DNA of 63,071 nucleotides, counting the filler, from Reticulomyxa filosa (lineage: Eukaryota; Protista; Foraminifera): assembly GCA_000512085.1 (NCBI GenBank). It is 24 parts of 24 records of this genome, joined end to end, with 100 filler letters (N's around TTAATTAATTAA, not from the genome) between each part and the next. Parts side by side here need not be neighbours in the genome. Positions count along the whole stretch, not along the records: positions 10,258 to 13,268 come from ASPP01027021.1; positions 13,369 to 17,590 come from ASPP01004232.1; positions 17,691 to 18,919 come from ASPP01004981.1; positions 19,020 to 21,372 come from ASPP01005321.1; positions 21,473 to 22,737 come from ASPP01008515.1; positions 22,838 to 24,354 come from ASPP01023108.1; 18 more parts are not named here. The stretch is one strand, 5' to 3'. How positions within the stretch are numbered: position 1 is the stretch's first letter; each line of letters starts with the position of its first letter. Made by a program: the position numbers and the translations under genes. The notes below the pieces were generated by a model. The model worked only from the letters and a program-made list of their open reading frames with translations, was not told where the DNA came from and ran no database searches. This document shows positions 12,309 through 24,454 of this stretch, one piece after another.

Positions 12309-13210
12309 TCAGAACGACTTTTCCTTGAAAAATGGATGTTTTAATGCTTCTTTTGCAGTAATTCTTTGTTCTCTATCGATTTGCAAGCATTGAGTAATCA
12401 ATTCATACAGCAATCGAGTCGATATGAGCTTCTGTGTGGGTGTCACAAAAAGCAAAACCAAAAACATATAAAAAAAAAGATAGAAATGGTGAGTAGTATT
12501 TATTATCTTCATATTGTTTGCAATGAAAAGAGAGATGAAAATAACTTTTAAAGTGATTCTTTCTTGAACATGTTTGACAGAGCCTTTAGAACTAGCCACT
12601 TCAGGCCATCGTAAACAGAGCTTGTCTTTATCAAAAAATGCGTCATCAACAACTTCTTCTTTGGATACATGTGGGGACATAGACCTTTTAAGGTTTTGTT
12701 TACGATGTTGTAGCGATGCATTTGACTTACATGAAGGAGAGACAGAAGAATGGCGACGATGATTGGAACATTGAAAAGTGGATGAGGAAGAAAGTACTTT
12801 TTTGACTAAATGTTTTGATATTTTGCATTCCAAGACCTTTTCCATCATTGCCAAATGCTCGATGTTTTCGTGAGTGGCAAATAGCAAATCTCCAGTGTAG
12901 AGCTCGCTTAAGATGCACCCAATCGACCACAAATCGCTACTGCGATCCCATCCAATACCAAGGATCACCTCCGGTGCACGGTATTGTCTTGTGTTGATCG
13001 TCTCAAAGCGCAATAATCTTTTTTGTGTGGCTTCGTCGATCTTTTCGTAGGTGGCGCCACCAAAATCGATCAAGCGAATGGTAGTCTGATTTGGAACGCG
13101 ATACTTGCGTCCATGTCGCGAATCGCTTATGATGGAATAGGAATCATCCATTAAAAGTATATTTTCCAATTTCAAATCGGTGTGTACTAAATTTAACTTT
13201 TCATGAATAA
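12309..13210 (-). CDS. LAMMER/CLK family dual-specificity kinase (3' part)
   Basis: HTDLKLENILL, IDFGGAT, TRQYRAPEVILGIGW and the EHLAMME signature; intron 12432-12545. Confidence 0.93.
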
Positions 13211-15459
13211 CTGAATGTTTGTTACAAACACAATATGCAATACAACAACATATAAATACATAAATACANNNNNNNNNNNNNNNNNNNNNNNNNNNNNNNN
13301 NNNNNNNNNNNNTTAATTAATTAANNNNNNNNNNNNNNNNNNNNNNNNNNNNNNNNNNNNNNNNNNNNGTTTTAGGCGTTCAGTTTTCTTTGCAACACTG
13401 TACTTTATCAAACAAATGTTCAAAATATCCATTTTTTATAAAATTTTTAAAAGTATTTAGAAATTTTATGAAAAAGATAAAGATTAAAGCTAAAAATTTA
13501 TATTCCAAACTCTTAAAATATCAACTTGCTATGAGATGTGGTAATTCCAGTGATAGCTACAGATACAATTTCTGTATGCTACTCAATCTGATCGATTGTC
13601 TTGATATTGCATAGTTTTTCCACTTGACAGTTTTGTTGTTTACGTTAATGGAAACTGAAGTTCCTGAGAAAAGTTTTTGACAAGCACTTACTGGGTTCCA
13701 TCTATAGCTCGTAAAGCCATTTCTTGCATCCGATTTTTTTTGGCTCTTTAACATTGTGGAATTGTGGTAAGAAAAAAAGTTTTAAGGAAACACGTTCTAC
13801 ACTCCTTGAACTTTTTGCTTGTAAGACATTACCTACAAATTGCATTCGCTTTAGATTACATATATAAAATGTGATGGAGAGACATAATAGTACTTTATTT
13901 CAAAAGAGAAAAGATTACACACTAACAATTCATCCAGATGAGATTATTCTGTTTTAATAAAAAAAGGCTTGATGTAATTGCCTTTAAAACGACAAACACT
14001 TAATTAAAGGTTTCACAAGTTAAAGTTTAATATTTAAAAAAATAACACTTTTTTCCTTACAAGCCTACATTTGAAAAAAGGAAAAATTTTCAAAAAAGAA
14101 AAAAAAATTAATGATTTTTACACTTTTATTAAATACCAAACACATTTTTGGATCCAGAATGCGTGGATAGCATTTAAGAAATTTTGAAAAAATAGAATAA
14201 ACTTACAGCCATCTGATCTTTACTTTGGGATTTTCTCTTTTTTTGTTGTCGATCGTAATCTAAAACAAAATTACAAAAAAATGAATAAAATAAAAATATT
14301 GTAAAAAGAATTAAAATGTTTGTAGTTGACAAAAATTGTAAAAAAAAATGAAATGCATTTTGAAACACTTGAAGCATCGTAGATATTTTTTTAAACAAAA
14401 AAGATTTTGAAAAAATTTTGATTTTGACTTGGAAATCTATCATCTTCATAAGGTACCATTTTAGTGTATGAGTCTTTTGTCCCGATGTAGTTCAGAATTT
14501 ATATGTATTTCTAAATATATATATTCTTCAAAGTAAAACATCTAGACTTGCAGGATTTTGTTGTCTTACTGTAATTATCACTAGGAAGCCTTGGAGAATA
14601 TCAAATTATAAAAAGAAATTTAACGATGCACAGACAAAGAAACAATGTGATGGAAAAATAAATAAGTTAAAAAATGCGAACCAAAGATCTTAACTGGAAG
14701 AGTTGAAGCAAAATTTCAAGTGAAATTCACAAACTGGGATTGAGACATGAAAAATAGACAGGAACTCGTCAATCGTCAGCGATTCGTAATCTAAATAATG
14801 AAACGTACTGTCTTTTTTATTTTTTATCAATTTTATGATCGATTTCATTATTTACCTTGCGGGCATACTTAACACCTTTTGAATCAATACAAATTCAAAT
14901 CGTTGTAGGGCAAGTCCATATTATAAGTATCTGAACGTCAAGGGAACGGAGGACCCAGTAGGTTACAATTCCTCAACAACTTACTCCTTACTTTCTTGCT
15001 TTTCTTTTGTTATCTTGTTTTATTATTTCAATTTCTTTCGTTTTACGAAATCAATATTCTTTTCTTAGTAAACACCGCTCGTATTACAGTTAGTGTACCA
15101 CTACTATCAGCAGACGTCCCACATCATGATATTGATTTTATTAAACATAGTCTTTCTAGTTTTGACTTAATTTTCAAGTCTTAGTTCAATTAATTTCAAA
15201 AGTATTTATTTTAATAACTCCCACAGAAATGAATTTTTGTTTCATCAAATTTTTTTTCAAAATAATCTAAAATCTGAAGTTTAAATCTATTTCATTCAAA
15301 CTCGTACTAATAAAATATTCTTTTAAACTTAGCATTTTCTTTTTAGCAACTCGTTTCAAAAAGCCAAGTTTTAAAATGATAAAAAATAAAAAAAATTCTC
15401 TCGTCAATAATACTCAGCCCGACCCAACAAATATAAAAAGGGACAAGGATGCTTGTATT

Positions 15460-16780
15460 ATCTGGTACAAGTGGTAATGTCGATAGGCTTTGTACAGCCA
15501 AGCGTGTTGGAACATGACTAGATAATAAACTATTTGAACTTGTGTGTAAATTGTCCAACCGTATGCCGCAAAAAACCTTTGAAAAAGACTACTGTCAGCA
15601 TAGCTACAGATGTTCAGCGATTGTGAGCGAATCTTGTGACAAATCGAAATTGGTTGTTAATGACATAACTTACCATTGTCCCATAGATAAAAATATTGAC
15701 AGTCACGTAAGTGAATATGACTTGCGAACGATTTGCAGAAAGAACAAACACGAAACCGATATATAGACGATGAAGTGCCACTGTCACAGTCGAACGAACC
15801 GTCGTTATCAAATACTCACCCCATGCAATATCGAATTGCACAAGATACACACAATGTAATGATTGTTGAATCACAATTTATCAACACTCACAAATATATC
15901 AAAGCGACTATCACCAAATTGTAAAATACCTTTGAAACAACAATTGCAAAGTGTCCATCAAGTATAATTCCGAGATTATCACTAAGCTTGAGATCGGAAT
16001 TTATAGCGGAAGTACAAGACTACTGCAAGACATATAAACATACAACAATATTATATCGTTGGTCATATTGTCAATGTTACCAATGTTATAATGCGGAAGC
16101 CTGCTAGATAGTGGACATCGAAGCGATACTCAATTTGAATTCCACTGTACAATTAACTATGATTATTCTACAATAGACTAACTCAAGGTAAATCATACAC
16201 ATGAAGATTAGCAGTCACTAGACGATATCAAGCAGCAACAGCAGGTCGTGTTTAGTGAAAAAATTGAAATATTCACAATAGAAGAAACAATCACTTATAT
16301 CATTCCACTTCACTATATTCAGCAGGCGGACTCGATATATTTTCAGCAAAACTATTAATCGATCTGGTTCATTACAAGTAGAAACAGTATCAATTACACA
16401 ATGAATTCTAGTGAAAAATATCATTGGCAAATATAACGTCGACACTGAATGCGCTGTCATTGCATAAGTAACAATACTAATATCAATCTCCAAATCCAAC
16501 TTGTCTCCTAGACATATTACAATCAAAAGTTTCCTTCGAATGGCAACAGTGGCAATACTGTACGCAAGGCACAAAGACGACATCAAACAGATCGTGAGCA
16601 CAGACAATTTGTAATCTGGTATTTAGTGATTTGTACAATGATTCAAATCACAATCCAATTTGCGAAAATTGACAGTAATAATGTCGCTGCAAGACATATT
16701 TCGAAAATGCAGTTAATATGATATCATGAACAAAAATTTTGCGTGTAGTAAATAGTAAGATACAATCGTTCTAAAAGCCA
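15460..16780 (+). mobile_element. Heavily decayed non-LTR retrotransposon ORF2 (RT, RNase H, CCHC)
   Basis: Degenerate motifs in the expected order across broken frames: LANDL (like YADD, about 15725), Q*ILVKNIIGKYNVD (like RNase H WIPGH..IGNE.AD, about 16400), CEN..RHI..KCS*YD (like C-terminal CCHC, about 16660-16725). Many stops. Confidence 0.4.
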
Positions 16781-16944
16781 AGTATTTACTGTATACAGTA
16801 GATTGCAAAAAAAACTGACATACCTAAATTGCACTATATGAATAGAATCGATTTTCTCCATGAAAAATAAAGATTTAAACATATTAAAATATATATATAT
16901 ATACTAATCTTGTAGTTTTTAAATATTAAATTTTTTTTTTTTGC

Positions 16945-17210
16945 TAATTTTTTTTATTGTTGATATTTTTAATTAGCATTTCAAAATTTTGATATTTAAA
17001 ATGGTGAAACATTTTATTGCTTTTAAGAAAGTAGTTGCTGTTGGTATACTGGTTGGTGGAGCTAGCACTCAATATGTAACAAAGAAATTTAATGTAGTAT
17101 AGTTTCGCTTCGATTTTGGCTGTCGTCATATAAGTGTAACGGAACGTAAAAAGAAAAGCTGGATCCAGCAGGTCAGAGAAAATTCATCATGTAACAAAAC
17201 TAAAGAAATA
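16945..17210 (-). repeat. Dispersed repeat copy 1 (possible 3' end of a non-LTR element)
   Basis: Clearly similar to 37924-38183 on another contig (shared GGAGCTAGCA, GCTTCGATTTTGG.TGTCGTCATATAAGTGTAA, CGTAAAAAGAAAAGCTGGA, GAAAATTCATCATGT). Minus-strand 3' end is A-rich. Confidence 0.8.
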
Positions 17211-17464
17211 ATGGATTATTTTAAAGGAAATAATTATAACTGATAAATTTTCCTCCTAATTTACCAGACCTAAATCCAATTGAGAACATTTGGTGTATAA
17301 TTAAAGTAAAGTTATACAAAGGCAAAAAAATTAACAACAAACAATAACTTTGTGAAAAATTTGAAAAAATATTTGAAAAAAATGATATTTAACTATGTCA
17401 AGATGCTCTAATTGAGGAGAATTTAAGCTTTAATCAATGCACAAGAAAAACCAACAAAATGGTA
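17200..17464 (+). mobile_element. Tc1/mariner transposase C-terminal remnant (pseudogene)
   Basis: Translates to NFPPNLPDLNPIENIW (Tc1 WPxxSPDLNPIENxW motif) and ends RRI*ALINAQEKPTKW* (like RRxxAVIxAKGGxTKY). In-frame stops and frameshifts. Confidence 0.85.
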
Positions 17465-17690
17465 AAAACATTACAAAAAAAATAAATTTTTAATCAAAAA
17501 AAGTTTTCAAAATTTTGTTAAAAATTACGAAAGATACAAGGCTAATTCTTTTTAAAAAAGTATCTACGTGACTTGAAGATTCCTAAAATGNNNNNNNNNN
17601 NNNNNNNNNNNNNNNNNNNNNNNNNNNNNNNNNNTTAATTAATTAANNNNNNNNNNNNNNNNNNNNNNNNNNNNNNNNNNNNNNNNNNNN

Positions 17691-18170
17691 CAAGTAATGG
17701 TCTAATTCGTGTTTGGGGATAAATACAATGAATAAATTTGTTTAGATCAAATATTTTATTTGAAAATAATATTTTTTTTCATTCAAAATTTAACATTGTT
17801 ATCAGATATTTCTGTAATTCAGATACCAACTTAATTATTTTTATACTTGTCGTAGTTGTCTTAATTCACATCTTTCTGTGATGTTGCTACTCTTACACTC
17901 GTATTGGCTGATTTCTTTTGTCAGAAAACATCTATGATTTGCGAACACGACCAATTATTATCATTTATTCTGGATCAGATGACAATACAGTTCTTTTTTG
18001 GGATATTCGATCAAATAAGAAGGAATTGCATATAATCAATGGATAAAAAAGTTATTGGAATAACATACCTTAAATTTTCATCATTGAAGAAACAAAAGAA
18101 AAATAAAGAAAATGACTGTGGTATTAATTTATGTTATGATCCAGGAGAAGGTTTTATTTGTATTGGGATA
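17691..18170 (+). pseudogene. WD40-repeat family fragments (3' end of one copy plus a degenerate copy)
   Basis: SNGLIRVWG* at 17694-17723; SGSDDNTVLFWDIRSNKKELHII at about 17968-18040 followed by stops and frameshifts. Same family as 51791-52123. Confidence 0.75.
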
Positions 18171-19019
18171 TTATCATTTTTTTTTTCAACAAATAAATTA
18201 CTTTATCTCAAAGTAATTGAATTCTTTTTTTTGACCAAGAAATAAGTGGATACATGCTAATTTTACTTATTCGATGTTTTTTCTTTTCTGTCCTTCCTCT
18301 AAAAAATTGAAGCAAATGAAAATAAAATAATGACATACAAATATTTTATATTTAAATTGTATTATAAGAGTTTAAAAAAATTAGTGATCCTATCAGCAAA
18401 CGTTTCGGTAATGATATAACAGGAATTGATGTTGTGAAATTATTTACATATAAACTTTTTCCTGATTCTAATTTTCCTTGTAATATTACCAATCGTATGA
18501 ATTATCAAAGATTTTTAAAAGAAATAAGCTCAAAAGAGTTCTTTGTTATCTCAAAAAAAAAAAGCAAAAGTAATCAACACTAATTATTAATAAGTTTTAT
18601 ACCATATGAATTAAATTTTTAAATCAAAACTAATTCATTTCACTTAACAAAATTTATCTTCTAATGAAAAAAGAAAATGCAAAGCTTTCAAATAACTTTC
18701 AGTATTTGAAATAGAATTTCACATTCCTCTATTTTACTGCGAAAACAAATCAAGAATCCAAACAGCTTCGTCAATGTCAAACCACTTTTTATACTCCTCC
18801 ACTTTAGTATTATCAATTTCCATAATCTCGACAACTTTTTGAAAAAAAAGTATTGTATCAATTTTTTTAGAATTATGCGAATTGTTATCAATTGAATAAC
18901 GGAATCGTTGGTCTTCTGGNNNNNNNNNNNNNNNNNNNNNNNNNNNNNNNNNNNNNNNNNNNNTTAATTAATTAANNNNNNNNNNNNNNNNNNNNNNNNN
19001 NNNNNNNNNNNNNNNNNNN

Positions 19020-19510
19020 AAAAAAAAAGACATTAAAGTTAAAATTAAACTGTACGTTTTCAAAGTCAACATAAAATAATGAACTACAATCAAACTACTC
19101 AGATCCAATAATAAAACAATCATTGGTAAAAGTACACATTGGGTTAATTGATAACTATCTGGTGCATTCTTTCTATATTTATGTTTAGAATAAATTATTA
19201 TTGATATTGTACTACACGATACAAATGCTATTAATACCATCCATAAATATATTATCATTGCCATTTTTTTTAATTTTGGCTTTGATCTTAAATGTTTTAT
19301 ATATGTCTTTATTTCCATTTCTATCCTCTTTTTGTTATTACTAATCATATTTTCTTCTGTTTCATATGTTATGTATGGAGTTATTCCATTCTCGTCATTT
19401 GTTTGAGTGGATCTTGTTGAATCATATTCACCTATATCATTTCGTGCATCTCTTTCATCTAATGTTACCACGTTCACCGATACTGCATCCTTTTCATCTT
19501 TTCATTTATA
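19020..19510 (-). CDS. Hypothetical multi-pass membrane protein (fragment)
   Basis: Open frame with hydrophobic helices (MAMIIYLWMVLIAFVSCSTISIIIY; CVLLPMIVLLLDLSSLIVVHY), running off the contig. Confidence 0.5.
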
Positions 19511-19953
19511 TTTTTCCCAAACAAACGACAACAGTTTACAAATCAAACTTTTCATACACTCAATTGTAACGTATAGAGGAAGTAATCTATTCAGATAAAT
19601 AGTTTTTTTAAAAATAAAGAGAACAACCAGAGATTTCTCGTTTCATTTTCGACTATTACAACATTTATTCTCAAACTTGAGAGCTTTCCCTCTCCTTGCT
19701 CTCAGAACGGTTTTTTTATTCTTTGTTCCCACTCTAAATATTGATGCTGATCACTTTCTATCGTTTTTACAATATTTTCAGTCAGTATTTCTCCTCTTTT
19801 TCAAAATTAAAAACTCTGTTGTTTTTTTTCTATGCTTGTGTATGATTTCAATCACTTTGCCTAAAAAAAAAATGGTGCATTTGAAGAAGTCTAAGTGGCT
19901 TTGTGGTTCAAAAGCAAAGTTTTTGCAAAAGGGGTACCTTAGAAATTGGAGAG

Positions 19954-21202
19954 ATGAGCTCCGGTTCACCAACGAAAAAACCACTAAACACTAATATAGA
20001 GAAAAATTCTGGAGAAAACAGTTCAAAATTACTAACACGAGAAGATTTGATGCAATCTCACGAAGACGCGAGCCCAGACGTGGACGAAGCGTCACCAGCC
20101 GAGGAAGAAAACAACAACGGTAACTCCCTCCTACCTTTACGAGCCTTTCCTATTTCATCTTCCATCCCCGTCCCAGAAAACCAACACCACACACACACAC
20201 AAATGGGCAAACTTTACAGCCGAAGGCGCACCAATGGCGGAAATCGGCCAAAGTTTTCGTCCTCAGATAGACCGCCACACCCCCCCAAAGCGGTAACAAA
20301 GCAAAACCGACACAAACAAACCGGCATTAACTATCACCACTATTTTTTTGGGGTGTATTTTCGTATACGTGTAACGTACCTATGTGTTTTTTTAAACCTT
20401 TTTTTTTTTCCGTTTCCCCCTTCCCCGACCACCAAAAAAAAAAAAAGAAGACAGCCCAGGATCTCAAGTGCAATCGGGCAACTTTCGAATGGAATCAGGC
20501 CAACCACCACCACCGGACAATTGGTATGGTGGTTTAATAAAAAACCATACGAAGAACAATCTACAAATCCTAAATCGCAAGACGATCGACAAAGCGGGCG
20601 CTAGCAACCCTGCGCCAAAATCCGACAAATCTCATTTAAAACCTTTGCCCCCAATAAGAAGTGCCAAAAAGCCATCAGTTTTCCCCCTTTTTTTTTTTTT
20701 TTTCTTATCTCCCCTATCTTCAGACGTTCAATTTTTTTTTTTTTTTTGTGCTACATTACATAATTTTTTTTTTTTTTGCATCTATCAATAATAATATGCC
20801 ACACACTTTTTTTTGGGTCAGTACTTTGGATTGAAGGGACGCACAAAAAAAAAAAAAAAAAGGAAAGGATGAGTTAAAACGAAAGGATTATCCAAACGTG
20901 CCTTCGCAAGTCGACGAGAAAACAAAAAAGACTCCGCAAGCGGAAAAGGTACGGGCGGGTGGTGCCATGGAAAAACTGCAATTGTCGCAAGGCGTGCCGG
21001 TCCGAAGCACTAGCGACGGACGCAGCCAACGAGGGAAGACAAGAGACAGAGCTGGCATAACCGAGCAATTGAAGGGAAAGGACAAGCACAGCAAAAGCGG
21101 ATTTGTGTACGGTGAAACGCGGTCCATTCATCGACTTTCAAACGTCTTCACACGCAAAAAATGGAAAGGCGATTCCAAGCGTTTGCTTATTGAAACGACG
21201 TT
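19954..21202 (+). CDS. Hypothetical protein, disordered N-terminus (multi-exon, 3' truncated)
   Basis: ATG at 19954 (MSSGSPTKK). GC-richer exon-like blocks at about 19954-20350, 20450-20678 and 20887-21202 separated by homopolymer-rich introns. No domain recognised. Confidence 0.5.
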
Positions 21203-21472
21203 GGGTGGATTTTTTTTTTTCTCCTCACTTTATTTTTGTTTGCTTATAATATCTAATAAAATGGGATGGAACGAGATAAAGAAGGGAGAGAGGGGGGGGG
21301 ACGGGGGCGGAAAAAAAAAAAAAAGGAAAAAAATGGACCGCGTCTGTCATGCTTTAGTTCGAACTAAAGAACNNNNNNNNNNNNNNNNNNNNNNNNNNNN
21401 NNNNNNNNNNNNNNNNTTAATTAATTAANNNNNNNNNNNNNNNNNNNNNNNNNNNNNNNNNNNNNNNNNNNN

Positions 21473-22671
21473 AACAGCAACAACAACAACAACAGCAACA
21501 ACAACAACAGCAACAACAACAACAACAGCAACAACAACAACAACAACAAGGACAAGTAAAAACAATTGCAAATCCAAATACATGGACGAATCAACATCAT
21601 AATGTCGCTCATGGATATCATGGGACCAGGACAGAAGTAAGTGATGAACACGACGATTTTGAGACGGTGTATCAAGAACACAGTCTTGCGAAAGACGAAA
21701 AGGCCGAACCCAGCGTGGACACGATCACAGCTACGACACTGACCACACCGGTGATGGCGAGCTCGCATGAAACCGAGACTGACGAACGTGACTTGGGTGG
21801 GATCGACCCCGAAGACTTTGAACATATCCAAAGCATTATCGAAAAGGTCTACCAAGACATGGAACAACAGAGGCTGCAACGCATGCAATCGTTGTCTCAT
21901 GTCAGCTCTGCTCACTCGCATGACCATGAAAAAACGTCGGAACGTAAACAGCAGCATACGTCCCGTTTGATGCCCTGGATCGTTAATCACACGTGGCTAA
22001 TGCTTGCCCCGACGCTGAATGAAAAATATATGCAGTGGATCGGCAAGGCCGTGTATCGCCTTTGGAATGTCTCCGAAATACGCAAGATCTTTGATGACAG
22101 AGGCAAACATCATCAATTTTCATTTGCCGAAAATATGGACTATTATTTTGACAAAGTCTTGGAAATCTTTTCGCTTAGTTACACCCCAGACAATGAAGAT
22201 ATGGTCAAAGTCAAATTCCGCACTACTGGAAAGATTACCGAACACTTTCCGATTGAAACCAGAAAGGATATCATTCTTGAAATTTACGACTGCGGTATTT
22301 ATTCACATACTTTTGTCATGTTTTTCTTCTGTACATAAATTAAATACATACATATATGTGTGTTTATGTTTTTTTTTTTTGTTAATGATTGAGTGCAACA
22401 CACACACACACGCACACAGTCACATTAACATGCACAAACATACATCACATATTATCTCTGAAAAGGTGGACAAAAATCGGAACGTCGCAAATGGATCGCG
22501 TTTTTTGAGAATGTCACCGCGATATTGTACGTAGCGGCGCTAAATCACTATTGTGCTGTATGTTTCGAAGACGAGCAGACCAACTCTTTGATCGAATCCA
22601 TCTATCTGTTTGACGAACTGGTGAACAGTGAGTGGTTCAAGGATACCCAAATCATTCTGTTTTTGAATAAA
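21473..22671 (+). CDS. Heterotrimeric G-protein alpha subunit with poly-Q/acidic insertion (fragment)
   Basis: YTPDNEDMVKVKFRTTG (switch I). DCG|GQKSERRKW across intron 22295-22465, then NVTAILYVAAL and IILFLNK. Confidence 0.88.
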
Positions 22672-22885
22672 GTTTAGACTGAAAGAGGTGTGTTGTAAGT
22701 GCAAAAGAATTACTCTTTTTTGTGTATGTGTATGTGTNNNNNNNNNNNNNNNNNNNNNNNNNNNNNNNNNNNNNNNNNNNNTTAATTAATTAANNNNNNN
22801 NNNNNNNNNNNNNNNNNNNNNNNNNNNNNNNNNNNNNAAAAAAAAAAAAAAAAACAGTGATATAAATTATATGTATAAGTTTTTT

Positions 22886-24241
22886 TAAAAAAAAATGCTC
22901 CAGAATCGACATTTTCAAGCATGTTATTTCCAAATCAAATGCTCTCGTGGTTGGAGCAGTTTCTCCAAGCATGTCCATGAAATTATTCGAGAAAAACTGG
23001 ACCATTTGGAACGTGACCATATCCCAATGACTAAAATGAGAGAAGTTTGGAGTGGCTTACAAAAAGAAGACGAGCCAAGTTAATGACACTTTCAATCTTA
23101 CCAACTTTGTTTTGTGTGTTAATTTTTTTGGCCAACAATCAAAAAAAATATATATATATATATATTTTTTTTTTTTTTGTGAATGTTATCTCAGATTGGA
23201 AAAATCGCCCTCTGAATTACGAGGATCTGAAACAGCAGATGCAGGAGAAATTCACTACGATGATGAAAAAGTATGATGAAGAGAAACCAACAAGGCCTAA
23301 AACGGATGCCCGGAAGGATCTGGTAGAGGAATGGAAAGCCATTTTAGACAATCAGAGAGAGAATTGGAAGCACAAAACGGCAGATTATTACAAAGCCAAG
23401 AAGAATACGTACTTTTCCAGCCGTAAATACACGGAGAATCGGTCAGAAGAACAACGGCTTCAAGAAGTGATTGAATGGATGCGAAAGGAAATGACGAAGC
23501 GGTTGGCCCCCGATGCAGGTCCAAACGACCACAAGCGCCCGTGCAAGATTAGCTCCATTCAAAAATTGGATAGAGATACGTACGAGTTGGACGTAGTAAT
23601 TGAAGAGCTGTTGCCACCTCATGACGTGATGCATTTCCTTATCTGTAATCATATTGACCACTTTGATAAGGAAGAAAAGATTATCCGAAACACCATGCAC
23701 TACAACATTTTCGAAAAGCAACACTTGCAGTTTTGATGGGCCTCCATTTTTTTTTATTTCGCTCTCTTTTGCAAGTATATTATACATATATATGATACGT
23801 ACACATAGGATGGCCCAAAAAACAGCAAAGGAATTTTTGCTGATAGTGAAGTATGATGAAACGGAGGAGAAAGAACAAGCTGGGATCATTGTCCATTCTC
23901 ATAACCTCAAGATCAACACAGAGTCACCGAAACTTGCTTTGCGTCTGGGCTTCAAATTGGCAGCGTACAGTGAGCAGTTGAATCTGTTGGCTGCTATGCG
24001 GCAGCTCGATTATGGAGATAAACATCCCGGATCAGAACCCACGCAGTCCTACATCGTTGAGTTTTTAAGTACGTTGTCGTCCAAAGATTTGGAGTTGAAG
24101 TCAAAGTTAACTTTGAGTGACTCGACATTTAATGAATGGGCTTTCAAAGTTCAATACATGCTGTTCGCTGGCAACCTGCTTCTTTTCATCACCACTGACA
24201 ATTTGCTTTATACGTGGAATGTGTTAAATCGTGCATTTGAG
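22886..24241 (+). CDS. Hypothetical protein (internal exons)
   Basis: Three coding-like blocks (about 22890-23078, 23196-23730, 23810-24241) bounded by GT/AG and AT-rich introns; no recognisable domain. Confidence 0.5.
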
Positions 24242-24317
24242 GTTGTGTGTATAAGTCATAAATTCATATTTTTTTTTTTTTTTTTTTTTGTTCCGCTCTC
24301 CCCCTTTGCTCACTAAG

Positions 24318-24354
<37 letters not shown>

Positions 24355-24454
24355 NNNNNNNNNNNNNNNNNNNNNNNNNNNNNNNNNNNNNNNNNNNNTT
24401 AATTAATTAANNNNNNNNNNNNNNNNNNNNNNNNNNNNNNNNNNNNNNNNNNNN

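Noticed and set aside
13369-15400. Possible DNA transposon or gene remnants
   Set aside because: No motif recognised with enough confidence.
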